Source: Candidatus Latescibacterota bacterium
GTDB taxonomy: Bacteria > Latescibacterota > UBA2968 > GCA-2709665
Direction: 5' to 3'
Length of the DNA stretch: 64,000 nt
Assembly: GCA_965208835.1 (NCBI GenBank)
Contig: OZ242358.1
Span: 2,400,001-2,464,000, forward strand
Made by a program: the position numbers and the translations under genes. Of the stretch, positions 38,495-47,958 are shown piece by piece. The stretch's first letter is position 1, and each line of letters begins with the position of its first letter. Under the pieces are notes generated by a model. That model was not told the origin of the DNA. It ran no database searches and saw nothing but the letters and a program-made list of their open reading frames with translations.

Positions 38495-39820
38495 TTATGC
38501 GTTGAGGTATTCGAGAGTATGTGCCGCCGCCCGATAGCCGCTTTCCACGGCACTTTCTACCGTGGCGGGGAGGCCGGTGTCGGTCCAGTCTCCTGCAACA
38601 TAAAGTCCGGGCGCTGCCGTGCGATTCGGTGGGGGAGAATGACCCTTTGGTAGCGCGAATGTTGCATGTCGTTCCCGCACAACGAGATGGTGCTCCAGAG
38701 GTATGTTGCTGGTTTCGGGCAGGAACTTATGCAGATCACCCAGCGCAATCTCCACGAGTCGTTCGTCAGGCTGGTCCACCAGCCTTCCGGCGGCGCTGGC
38801 AACGAGGGTTACGTGCCCCGGCGACGCTTTGTCGCGACCGTTGTAGAGCATCGGCTTGTTGAATATCCAGTCCATACGTCCCGTGAGAAGGCCGGCGAAA
38901 GGCATGTTGAGTACGGGCGCTCTGAACCATAGGTTAACGGAAAGGATCGGGGAAGGATAGAAGGACTTCAAACGAACCTTGAGATCTTCGAGCCCCTCCG
39001 GCAACAGGCGAGACAGCGCGGGTGGTGTGATGGCGCAGATGGCGGCATCGGCCGTCACAGCCGGCCCCGACTTCAGCCGGATCCGTATCCGGCCGTCTTC
39101 GGCAACGCGCAGTTCAGTGGCCGCCTCGCCAACGTGGCACGCACCTCCGTGCCTGTGGATGAAGCGCCTTGCCGCGTCGGTGTACATCGCGCTGAGCCCG
39201 ACGCCGGGATAGCCCATCAGGGTTGAATCGGAGCGGCCGAGAAACGCAAGCTTCAGGACGGAAGCCAGGTGGCTGGCCGGGGCGGCATCGGGATGCTGGT
39301 TCAGCGCGGAGATGCAGAGCGGGTCCCAGAACGCCTTCCGGATGGCTGGAGATTGCCTGCATTCCTCCAGCCATTCGTTAACCGTTACCCAGGACTGCAA
39401 CGGTGTCGCCAGAGCCGTCCTGACCCGCCGTAGCCGAACGACGTCCCTCAGGCTGACAGGTCCGTAACGCATGAATCCGGCAAGCAGATTGAGGGGAGGC
39501 GGCAGCAATCGGGGAAACTTGAGGGCGGTATGGCCCAGCCCGGGGCGCAGGAAGTCCAGCCGGAACTCTTCCTGAAACCGCAGGCGGTCTCCTGTACCGA
39601 TGGTTTCCAGAAATTTCCTGGTCTGGAGATAACATTTCATGAAGAGGTGCTGGCCGTTGTCTACTGTATCGCCTGTTGCTCGATCGGTAAATGAATAGGC
39701 TCGCCCACCCAGGTGTTTCCTGCGCTCAAACAGGTTGACGACGCAGGTTCCCCGTTCCGCAAGGCGAACTCCCGCGGCGAGACCCGCAAACCCGCCGCCG
39801 ATAATAACGATACGAATCAC
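38495..39820 (-). CDS. hpnE: Hydroxysqualene dehydroxylase
   Basis: GGGFAGLAA FAD motif, GGRAYSF.D...DNGQH, AGDWTDTGLPATVESAV; follows hpnCD. Confidence 0.9.
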   Translation of the reverse strand: MIRIVIIGGGFAGLAAGVRLAERGTCVVNLFERRKHLGGRAYSFTDRATGDTVDNGQHLFMKCYLQTRKFLETIGTGDRLRFQEEFRLDFLRPGLGHTALKFPRLLPPPLNLLAGFMRYGPVSLRDVVRLRRVRTALATPLQSWVTVNEWLEECRQSPAIRKAFWDPLCISALNQHPDAAPASHLASVLKLAFLGRSDSTLMGYPGVGLSAMYTDAARRFIHRHGGACHVGEAATELRVAEDGRIRIRLKSGPAVTADAAICAITPPALSRLLPEGLEDLKVRLKSFYPSPILSVNLWFRAPVLNMPFAGLLTGRMDWIFNKPMLYNGRDKASPGHVTLVASAAGRLVDQPDERLVEIALGDLHKFLPETSNIPLEHHLVVRERHATFALPKGHSPPPNRTAAPGLYVAGDWTDTGLPATVESAVESGYRAAAHTLEYLNA

Positions 39821-40677
39821 GGCGATTTCTCCCGTATGCCAATCCGGTTGCGAAGGCAGAGTTCAAGCGCGATGCCCAGTTTTTTCAGGTTGTTCACGCG
39901 AATCGGATGTTGGTACACGTTGTAATTTAGGGCTTCGATACGGCTGAGAAGACGGCTGTAGATGCAACCCATGATTTCGGCCGGAAAGAGGCTCTGGCGA
40001 TCCTCTCTTGGCAGGCACTGCGCCGCTTTTTTGTAGAAGCTCCACGCCCGTCCGCATTGGAATTGCATCAGGTTCCTGAAACGGGTTGTGGTGATCCCGT
40101 CGAAGAGGTCTCTTTCAGTGTAATTGAACCGTCTCAAGTCTTCCAGTGGAAGGTAGATGCGGTCTCTCATTGCGTCGGACTTGATATCGCGGAGGATGTT
40201 CGTGAGTTGCAATGCAATGCCAAGGTTGACGGCGTAATCCCGGGATGCCCGCCTGGTGTAGCCGAAGATCTCGATGCATATCAGGCCGACTACGGAGGCG
40301 ACACGGTAACAATATTCGTATAGATCGCCGAAGGTCTGATAGCGATTCTTGACAAGGTCCATCTCCACGCCGTCAATCAACTTGAGAAAGTGTTCTTTCG
40401 GGATCCTGAAGCGCTTCAGGGCTTTGTGCAGGTTGGCGGTAATCGGGTGTTGCGGCCTGCCGTCGAAACACGCGTGGGTTTCGGCCCGCCACTTCGCGAG
40501 GTTCCGGACGGCGGCTTCACGCGATGACGCGTCGTCGACCAGGTCGTCGGTGTGGCGGCTGAAGGCGTACGTGGCGAAAATCGCTTCTCGCTTTGGCCGG
40601 GGCAGAAAGACGAATGCGTAATAGAAGTTGCTGCGCGCATTGCGCACGAGTGCCGCGGTGTAAGATTTGATGTTCAT
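39817..40677 (-). CDS. hpnD: Presqualene diphosphate synthase
   Basis: SNFYYAFVFLP, DDLVD, YCYRVASVVG, LQLTNILRD. Confidence 0.9.
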   Translation of the reverse strand: MNIKSYTAALVRNARSNFYYAFVFLPRPKREAIFATYAFSRHTDDLVDDASSREAAVRNLAKWRAETHACFDGRPQHPITANLHKALKRFRIPKEHFLKLIDGVEMDLVKNRYQTFGDLYEYCYRVASVVGLICIEIFGYTRRASRDYAVNLGIALQLTNILRDIKSDAMRDRIYLPLEDLRRFNYTERDLFDGITTTRFRNLMQFQCGRAWSFYKKAAQCLPREDRQSLFPAEIMGCIYSRLLSRIEALNYNVYQHPIRVNNLKKLGIALELCLRNRIGIREKSP

Positions 40678-41603
40678 AGGGTTGGGAAACGGGATTCCTT
40701 GCAGGCACGCGGGTGCCGGAAGAGGGCGTTGAGGAACAGGCCTGGAATATCCCGTTTTTCAATCTTCGGGCGACAACTGAAGACGTCGTATCCGTTGGTA
40801 TGGATCTTGTCGAGGATTCGCATCCCGCCCAGCCAGGTAAGCCGTAGTTCGTATTTGAGTCGGCCGGAGACCAGGTCCGGCAGTTCGGCACCCTTCTGGA
40901 AAAGCAGCCTCGTGCGTTCGATCTGGCAACCCAACAATGCCCTGAAGCCGTTGGTGGGCCGGCCTTTCGCCAGGTCGTCTTCGGTAACGCAGAAACGTTC
41001 CATATCGTCCCGAGGCAGGTAGATGCGACCCCTGGAGAAGTCAATAGCAATGTCCTGCCAGAAGTTGGCCAGTTGAAGTGCCGTACAGATCAGATCGGCA
41101 AGATATCTACGGCGCGCGTCCGTGTAGGAAAAGAGGTGCAGAATGAGGCGTCCCACCGGCGCTGCGGAGTACCGGCAGTAGGACAGCAGGTGGTTGAATG
41201 TCCCATGCCGGTGCGTGACCACGTCCATTTTGAATGCGTGGAGTAGATCGTGCAGGTGTCGGCGGGGAAGTTGCTGTGATCGGATCGTCTCGGCGAGAGC
41301 GGTCAGTATGGGGCCTTCAGGCGCAACCGTGCAGGAGGCGATTTTCGCATCCCATTCATCCAGCCTCCGCGTGCGTTCGGTCGGAGCCAGGCCGGGTTCA
41401 TCGGCCAGGTCGTCGGCAGTACGCGCGAAGGCATAGATGCTGTACACGTGGGGCCGTATACTGGCGGGAATCAGACGGGAACCCACGGGGAAGTTTTCGT
41501 AGTGCCTGCGGGTTAGGGCTTCGCAATAGGCGAACGCGTCATCAAGCGACGTGGCCGCGGACATCGAGGATGACACGACGGCCGGATTTGCGAGCGTTTC
41601 CAT
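40674..41603 (-). CDS. hpnC: Squalene synthase HpnC
   Basis: HYENFPVGS, ADDLADE, LQLANFWQD. Confidence 0.92.
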   Translation of the reverse strand: METLANPAVVSSSMSAATSLDDAFAYCEALTRRHYENFPVGSRLIPASIRPHVYSIYAFARTADDLADEPGLAPTERTRRLDEWDAKIASCTVAPEGPILTALAETIRSQQLPRRHLHDLLHAFKMDVVTHRHGTFNHLLSYCRYSAAPVGRLILHLFSYTDARRRYLADLICTALQLANFWQDIAIDFSRGRIYLPRDDMERFCVTEDDLAKGRPTNGFRALLGCQIERTRLLFQKGAELPDLVSGRLKYELRLTWLGGMRILDKIHTNGYDVFSCRPKIEKRDIPGLFLNALFRHPRACKESRFPTL

Positions 41604-41703
41604 ACCTATAAGATAATTGATAATATTCGAATCCGCCAGAAATAGGCGCCCGACGGACAGAGATCGAGTTCGAGTTCACGTTTTCTCACGAGGCGATATA
41701 CAG

Positions 41704-42315
41704 ATGACAAAGCGTAAGCGAACATCAGTCCGGCCGCGCGTCATTCCACCGGCGCGGGCCGAAGACCGGATTCACCAGGTCCATGTCTATTACGGTTACG
41801 GAAAGGGCAAAACCACCAGTTGCATCGGGCTGGCCGTCCGTGCTGTCGGTGCCGGCAGGAAGGTGGACCTGGTACAGTTCGACAAGGGTTACGATGGAGA
41901 GACGGAGCACTACTCCGAACGCCACATCCTGAGGCAACTCGACCGGGTGAGGTTGCATCCGACCGGATGTGAACGCATGATGCCGGATGGGACGTTTCGA
42001 TTCGGCGCGGAGCCGCAGGACATTCAGGAAGCGCGGCGCGGACTCGAAATCGCCCGGATGCTGCTTCGGGAAGGCACTCAGGATCTGCTGATACTGGACG
42101 AGATTCTCGCTGCGACCGCCTACGGGCTGCTGGAGCGGGAGGACGTGACGGGTCTTCTGGATCTGTACGACGGGGACCGCCGGTGCGAACTGGTGCTGAC
42201 AGGTCACAAGGTGTGGGACGCGCTTGTCGAACGCGTCGATCTGGCGACGGAGATGCGCAAGGTCAAGCACTATTATGCCCGGGGGGTTCCCGCGCGGGAA
42301 GGAATCGAATTCTAG
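41704..42315 (+). CDS. cobO: Cob(I)yrinic acid a,c-diamide adenosyltransferase (CobO/BtuR)
   Basis: YYGYGKGKTT, LLILDE, ELVLTG, EMRKVKHYY...AREGIEF. Confidence 0.9.
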   Translation: MTKRKRTSVRPRVIPPARAEDRIHQVHVYYGYGKGKTTSCIGLAVRAVGAGRKVDLVQFDKGYDGETEHYSERHILRQLDRVRLHPTGCERMMPDGTFRFGAEPQDIQEARRGLEIARMLLREGTQDLLILDEILAATAYGLLEREDVTGLLDLYDGDRRCELVLTGHKVWDALVERVDLATEMRKVKHYYARGVPAREGIEF

Positions 42316-42536
42316 CAGCCCGTTGAAAGAGCCCATCCGGGCTACGGCCGGTATTTCGTTTCGCCGGGGGGACCGGAAAAGTGTTTGTCTGGCCCTGACC
42401 GCAGGTTTATCTTGAAGTCATACCGTCCGATGTGTTGTGTTGCCAATAAAACAGACCCCCGGATCCACGTTCCAGAGGTCTGTTTTTGGTGTATCGCGGC
42501 TCGTACACGTACCCGAATGACTGGGGATGCCGGCCA

Positions 42537-44936
42537 ATGCGGAACAAGAACCTGGTTCACACCGGTCAGGTGAAGATCATCGGAGCCGCCGCCCCCGACC
42601 TCGCGTGCCTCAGCGACGGCGACATCGAAACCGCGGTAAACTGGTCGTCGATGTCAGGAGAATGCGGGTTCGAAGTCCGGTTTGACGGCCCCGTGGTCTG
42701 CCGGATGGTGGTGCTGAGATGGAAGGCGATGCCCGCGGATTACGATGTCGCCATTCGCGGATCCCGTTCGTGGCAGGTTCTGGATTCGATACGTGACAAC
42801 GTGATTCTGGGCCCAAGGGTGAAGCTCCATCTGCTCGACGATGTGAGGACAGACGGGCTGCGCGTCCGGATTACGCGTCCCGTCAGGGAGGACCTGCACG
42901 GCAGAGAGGCGGATCCACGCGGGGTTGTCGCCCTGTACGGAGTGGAGGCGTACGCGGCGAACCGGGTTCCTGCATATATTCAGACGTTTCTCGATCGGGA
43001 AACGCCGAGGCTGGCGGCCATGCCGTACGATCTGTCGAAACGCAGCCACCGGACGCCGGACCCTTCACTGCTGGATGTCGAGGTCCCCACGTGGGAGCCC
43101 ATCCCGAAGCGTCTTTACAACGGGCAACCAACCGGGCGGGCGGTCAACGAAATGGATTCCGCGAGACGCACGGTGCTTCAGGGGTGCGCGGCCGCTTTTT
43201 CAATTACAGGCGATCGTCGGTATGCATTGAAGGCGCGGGATGTACTGCTGTCAAATCTGGACCATTACGACCGTTACCAGTCGTTCCGGTTTACCGGAAT
43301 CGACTGGAAAGCCGTCACCTTTCAGGATCCGGCATACAACCTCAGGGAGATGATGGAGTCGTACGACTTGCTCGTCGATTCACCACACCTTGAGTCTTGT
43401 GACCGCCTGCGTTTTCTGTTCTTTCTGCTGGATCTCGGTGAGTTCCAGTACCTGGCCATGCGGGACCGATTCGAGGCGCGGGAGAACTGGGCGTCGTGTT
43501 CGCTGGCGGAAATGGTCTTTCTGGCATACTATCTCGAGGGTTTTCCGGAGGTGGGCCGCTGGTTGAAGTTGGCGGATGAGCTGTATGGGTCCTGTTTCGA
43601 GCCCTTCCTGGATGACGGATACTGGTGGGAATGTTCGCCTTCGCACTCGGTCTATATGATCAGGGGAATGTGCAGGTACGCGCTGGGCAGACATCTGATT
43701 GGAGATGCGGTGTGGTCGAAGGCGTACAACGGCAAATCCCTGGAGGATGTGCTGGAGGCGCTGTGCAAGACCATGACGCCCTTCGGGGAAGTTCCATCCA
43801 TCAACGACTCCAACGGAAACGACGGCCATCTGCTGACAGACTTTCCGGAACTCCGGGTCCCGCTTTATCTGATCGGGCGAGGTGATCTGTTGCGGATGGC
43901 GGGGGATTCCGGGGTCGCGCCCGCACTGCAGGGCGAGGAGCTCGCGACCGTCCCGCAGGAGGACCCTCCCTATACCTCGGTACTGTTGCCGGACGCCGGA
44001 CTGGCGGTGATGCGGGACGGGTGGTCGAGAGACGACGCGTATCTGATTTTTGATTTCGGCCCGCACGGAGGCGGACACGGCCACCCCGACAAGCTGAGCT
44101 TCGTCATGTTCGCCAACGGGCACCACTGGATTCCGGATGCGTCGAATTCGCCGCATTACTCCATTTTTCCGGAACAGTACACCTGGCACAAACAGACGAT
44201 ATCGCACAATACCGTGCTGGCGAACAACACGAGCCAGAACGAATGCACCGGTCGGCTGGTATTCTGGCATACCGATGACGACGTCGATATGGTCTGTGCG
44301 TATCACGACGAAGGCTACGAGGGCCTCGTGCACCGCCGTACGATTGTTCATCCCAGGCGCGGATATTTCCTCATCCACGACGAGCTTCACGCCGAAGCCG
44401 ACGGATTCGACCTGGACTGGCTGTTGCACGTCTACGGCGACGTCGAGTCTCAGCCGGCTGGCAGCGTGTGTTTCCGGTGTGGTTGCGGGAACCAGGGTCT
44501 GCTGTGGTGTTCCGCGGATATCGGATCAACGCCCCTGCCCGTACACCGCGGCCTCTGCGGCGGGTTCCGAAAACAGGAATGGAAGGGCCGAGGATACCCG
44601 CCAAAAGGGGGGCCGGGCTGGGTCTACATTCCGTATTTCCGGCTGCCTGGCCGGATTGAGCCGGGAGGCGGGCGGGCCGGGTTTTTTTCGGTTCTCTATC
44701 CATTTACGGAAGACGTACCGGACGTGGCCGTCGAACGGGTCGACGACGGACGGGGTCGAGCGTCGGGAATCAGAATCGCCCACAATGGCGTGGAAGATGT
44801 GTATGCCGGCGCCGTTTCTGACTACGACGCCGCACGGGACGGTGATTTCAGCTGCGGCAACCTGACCGGTGGTGCGAAAGCCGTATTCACGCGGCGTTGC
44901 GGCGCGGAGACGGTCTATCGCAAGGAATGCAACTGA
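42537..44936 (+). CDS. Heparinase II/III family protein with N-terminal discoidin/F5-8-like module
   Basis: DGYWWECSPSH, PSINDS, GPHGGGHGHPDKLS, HNTVL, HRRTI; start position uncertain; no signal peptide. Confidence 0.82.
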   Translation: MRNKNLVHTGQVKIIGAAAPDLACLSDGDIETAVNWSSMSGECGFEVRFDGPVVCRMVVLRWKAMPADYDVAIRGSRSWQVLDSIRDNVILGPRVKLHLLDDVRTDGLRVRITRPVREDLHGREADPRGVVALYGVEAYAANRVPAYIQTFLDRETPRLAAMPYDLSKRSHRTPDPSLLDVEVPTWEPIPKRLYNGQPTGRAVNEMDSARRTVLQGCAAAFSITGDRRYALKARDVLLSNLDHYDRYQSFRFTGIDWKAVTFQDPAYNLREMMESYDLLVDSPHLESCDRLRFLFFLLDLGEFQYLAMRDRFEARENWASCSLAEMVFLAYYLEGFPEVGRWLKLADELYGSCFEPFLDDGYWWECSPSHSVYMIRGMCRYALGRHLIGDAVWSKAYNGKSLEDVLEALCKTMTPFGEVPSINDSNGNDGHLLTDFPELRVPLYLIGRGDLLRMAGDSGVAPALQGEELATVPQEDPPYTSVLLPDAGLAVMRDGWSRDDAYLIFDFGPHGGGHGHPDKLSFVMFANGHHWIPDASNSPHYSIFPEQYTWHKQTISHNTVLANNTSQNECTGRLVFWHTDDDVDMVCAYHDEGYEGLVHRRTIVHPRRGYFLIHDELHAEADGFDLDWLLHVYGDVESQPAGSVCFRCGCGNQGLLWCSADIGSTPLPVHRGLCGGFRKQEWKGRGYPPKGGPGWVYIPYFRLPGRIEPGGGRAGFFSVLYPFTEDVPDVAVERVDDGRGRASGIRIAHNGVEDVYAGAVSDYDAARDGDFSCGNLTGGAKAVFTRRCGAETVYRKECN

Positions 44937-45044
44937 TCGCCGGCCGCGCACCGGGTTCCCCCGGATACCCGCGTCGGCTATGGAATACCGGAACCGGTGT
45001 TGTCGGCCTGCCGAATCCGTTTAACGGCGAGGGGGGTGTGCATA

Positions 45045-45836
45045 TTGAGCGATATTCACGTCTTTGGAGGACTGGACGGCCGCCAACGGTCGCGAAAGCC
45101 CCGGGATCTGGGGCTGACGATGGTCGTGGACTGGGGTCTTGGGTACGGGGCGCAGTCCGATCTGATTGAGACCGCGGCCCCCTTTCTCGATTTCGCGAAG
45201 GTGGCCGTCGGCATTTCGAGGCTGCTGACCGACGATGTGCTCAAAGCGAAAATCAGGCGTTACCTGGATCATGACATCGAACCGTTTCCGGGTGGGCAGT
45301 ACCTGGAGTACGCGCAGGTGCAGGGCGCGACCGACCTGTACTTTCCCGCCGTGGCGGAAGCGGGCTATCGTTGGGTCGAAGTGTCGGACAATCTGGCGGG
45401 GGTGACGCACGAATGGAAGTTGAAGATGATCCGGCAGGCGGTCACGCGGCATGGACTGACGGTGCTGGGCGAAGTGGGCCAGAAGGAAGGGTTGGATGCG
45501 GGAATCCCAATGGCGGACGATGTGATGGCATGCCTGGAAGCGGGGTCCCGGATCGTACTTCTGGAAGCGGCCGAACTGGTTGACGAGGATCCGGACAAGG
45601 CGCGGCAGGTCGAGCAGGCCGTGGAGGCGGCCGGTCTGGAGAACGTCATGTTCGAATTGCCGGGACCATGGATCCCGGGGGTGCATCCGCACGACGTTCA
45701 CCGGATGCGGCGGACCCTTGTAGACCGATACGGTCCGGACGTGAATCTGGGCAACGTGCTGCCGGATGACCTGATGACGCTGGAAGCCTATCGCCGGGGG
45801 CTGGGTGTCAACGCGGGACACCGGGAGGAGGAGTGA
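45045..45836 (+). CDS. comA: Phosphosulfolactate synthase (ComA family)
   Basis: RSRKPRDLGLTMVVDWG, DFAKVAVG, PGG, EVSDN, GEVGQK, YGPDVNLGNV...LEAYRRGL; TTG start after GAGGGG. Confidence 0.85.
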   Translation: MSDIHVFGGLDGRQRSRKPRDLGLTMVVDWGLGYGAQSDLIETAAPFLDFAKVAVGISRLLTDDVLKAKIRRYLDHDIEPFPGGQYLEYAQVQGATDLYFPAVAEAGYRWVEVSDNLAGVTHEWKLKMIRQAVTRHGLTVLGEVGQKEGLDAGIPMADDVMACLEAGSRIVLLEAAELVDEDPDKARQVEQAVEAAGLENVMFELPGPWIPGVHPHDVHRMRRTLVDRYGPDVNLGNVLPDDLMTLEAYRRGLGVNAGHREEE

Positions 45837-45839
45837 TCG

Positions 45840-47030
45840 ATGAGACTCGTGGATGACGATGCCGGAATTGAGATCGACGACGAGTTTCCGTGCAGCAGCG
45901 CGGGCGAGATGCGTATCACCAACGGCGGCCGCTATGAAATCGGCTATCAGCCGGAGGAGATTCCACAGTGGTTTCAGGACCTGCTGGATGAGTTGTTCGA
46001 CGGGGCCGGTGTACCGAAAGAATACATGGCCCATGTGCGCGTGAGCAATTCGGGCGATGCCGCGAGGCGGGTAAAACTCCGGTTTCTGCTCAGCCGAAAG
46101 GGTTCCAATTATTTGTATCCGCCGTGGTGGGTGTGGCGGCAGGATACGGGCTGGGCCTGGCTGCCGCCGGAAGACGAGGACTATCACGAGCATGAGTATA
46201 TGGACGCGCACGTGGACATTGTTCCGGGCGAAGCCGTTCGCGTGGCCTCAGCGCCCTATGAAACGCCTGATACGGTGCTCGAGAAGGCGCGGCGGCTGGC
46301 GGAGCGTTCAGACATCTGGACCTTCCGGGAGATCGGGACGTCCGCGCAGGGGCGGCCCCTACCGGTCCTGGAGTCGCCGCCGCGCGAACTGAAACTCCTG
46401 GTGGACGCAACCATGCAGTCCTGCGAGCCTGTTTCCTGGGGTATCATGCACGTCGCCCACTGGTTGACCATCCCCACGGCGCGAGCGCAGCGGCTTCTGG
46501 ATCAAGTGCAGTTCTGCCTTATGCCGATGCTGAATCCGGATGGCGTCTACGTGGGCCACAGCGTGACCAACGCGGTCGGGGAGGTGCCCAAATTCGGGAT
46601 CAACAACCTCGTTGAAGGCAAGGGCGCCGCAAGGGAAACCGAGGCCCTCTGGAATTACCTGCTTGACATACGTCCGGATGCCTCGATCGAGGTACATGCC
46701 CACTATACCCGGGAGGGGTTCACCCGGAGTATCGGAATGCACGACAAGGATACCATGCCTCGGCATCTGCGGGAAAAAGGCGCCGTGGTCGAGGCGGCGA
46801 TCATGGAGAATTATCACGTTCAGCCTCTTGAAAACCGGCGTGTACTGATTGATCCCCGAGAGCCGGAACTCGACGTGTATGGAGACCGCAACGTCATCGA
46901 GCATGCGGGTACGGTCCGGACATTTCTTCAGGCCGTTCCCGACAGCATCGAGTCCCATGGCGCCGACGTGAGAGAAATGACGGAGACCATCGCGAACGCC
47001 CTGATCTCGTGGAAAGCGCAGCGCGCATAG
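45840..47030 (+). CDS. M14 zinc carboxypeptidase-like protein with divergent active site
   Basis: IGTSAQGRPL, PMLNPDG, IEVHAH; HxxE appears as QSCE. Confidence 0.7.
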   Translation: MRLVDDDAGIEIDDEFPCSSAGEMRITNGGRYEIGYQPEEIPQWFQDLLDELFDGAGVPKEYMAHVRVSNSGDAARRVKLRFLLSRKGSNYLYPPWWVWRQDTGWAWLPPEDEDYHEHEYMDAHVDIVPGEAVRVASAPYETPDTVLEKARRLAERSDIWTFREIGTSAQGRPLPVLESPPRELKLLVDATMQSCEPVSWGIMHVAHWLTIPTARAQRLLDQVQFCLMPMLNPDGVYVGHSVTNAVGEVPKFGINNLVEGKGAARETEALWNYLLDIRPDASIEVHAHYTREGFTRSIGMHDKDTMPRHLREKGAVVEAAIMENYHVQPLENRRVLIDPREPELDVYGDRNVIEHAGTVRTFLQAVPDSIESHGADVREMTETIANALISWKAQRA

Positions 47031-47098
47031 CCAGCATGCAGGAGAACCGCACCGCACACATCGGGAGTCGGGCATCGGTTTATTATGAGGAGAGAAAA

Positions 47099-47890
47099 AT
47101 GAAAATTGGCGTGACGCAGATTATCCTTGGCCGGTATTCGCTGGACGAAACGCTGGAGCTGTGCCGGGCCGCGGGCTATGAGGCGCTGGAACTGGTGTTC
47201 AGCGAAGGCGGCGATCCCGATGTCAATATGAGCGACGACGAGATCCGGAGAGTGCGCGAAAAATGCGATGCCGCCGGCATCGAAATCGGCAGTTCGATCG
47301 CGCAATATGGGGATCGGGGGAACTTCCTCAGCCTGAATTCGGAAGACAGGGGACAGGGCGTCAGGTGTCTCGCAAGGTCCATAGAGATCGCACACGTTCT
47401 GGGGGTCGACGCGGTGCTGCTGCACCCGGGCCAGCTAACGGCCGAAGGAACCTATGAACAGGCCTGGGACCTGATGCTGGGCGCAATCAGGGATCTGGCG
47501 CCGATGGCCGAGGAGAAGGGCGTGTCCGTGGGCATCGAGAATGTATGGAACAAGTTCCTGTTGAGTCCGCGGGAAATGGCCGCGTTTGTGGATGCCGTGG
47601 GGAGCCCCCGCGTGGGAACCTATCTCGACACCGCGAATATGATGGCGTACGGTTTTCCGGAACACTGGATTCGGGGCCTCGGCAGCCGCATAGTACGGGT
47701 GCATTTCAAGGATTTCAGCCGCGGCGGGCACCAGTTCGTGGATCTGATGGACGGCGATACCGATTGGCCCGCGGTTATGGCCGACCTGCGCGCGGTCGGA
47801 TATGGTTCTCCGGTTGTTCATGAGGTCTCGGGAAGTCGCGAGGCGCAGATCGAGACGGCAAGGCGTATGAGGAAGATCGTGGCGCTGTAG
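47099..47890 (+). CDS. Sugar phosphate isomerase/epimerase (TIM barrel, hexulose/xylose-isomerase-like)
   Basis: GIENVWNKFLLSP.E, DTAN, HFKDF, GDTDWP. Confidence 0.9.
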   Translation: MKIGVTQIILGRYSLDETLELCRAAGYEALELVFSEGGDPDVNMSDDEIRRVREKCDAAGIEIGSSIAQYGDRGNFLSLNSEDRGQGVRCLARSIEIAHVLGVDAVLLHPGQLTAEGTYEQAWDLMLGAIRDLAPMAEEKGVSVGIENVWNKFLLSPREMAAFVDAVGSPRVGTYLDTANMMAYGFPEHWIRGLGSRIVRVHFKDFSRGGHQFVDLMDGDTDWPAVMADLRAVGYGSPVVHEVSGSREAQIETARRMRKIVAL

Positions 47891-47958
47891 TTCTGATGAT
47901 CGGTGCATCGGGAGCTGATTGAGGATCCCCTGTCTTGATGGTTGATCCGGGAGTGTCG

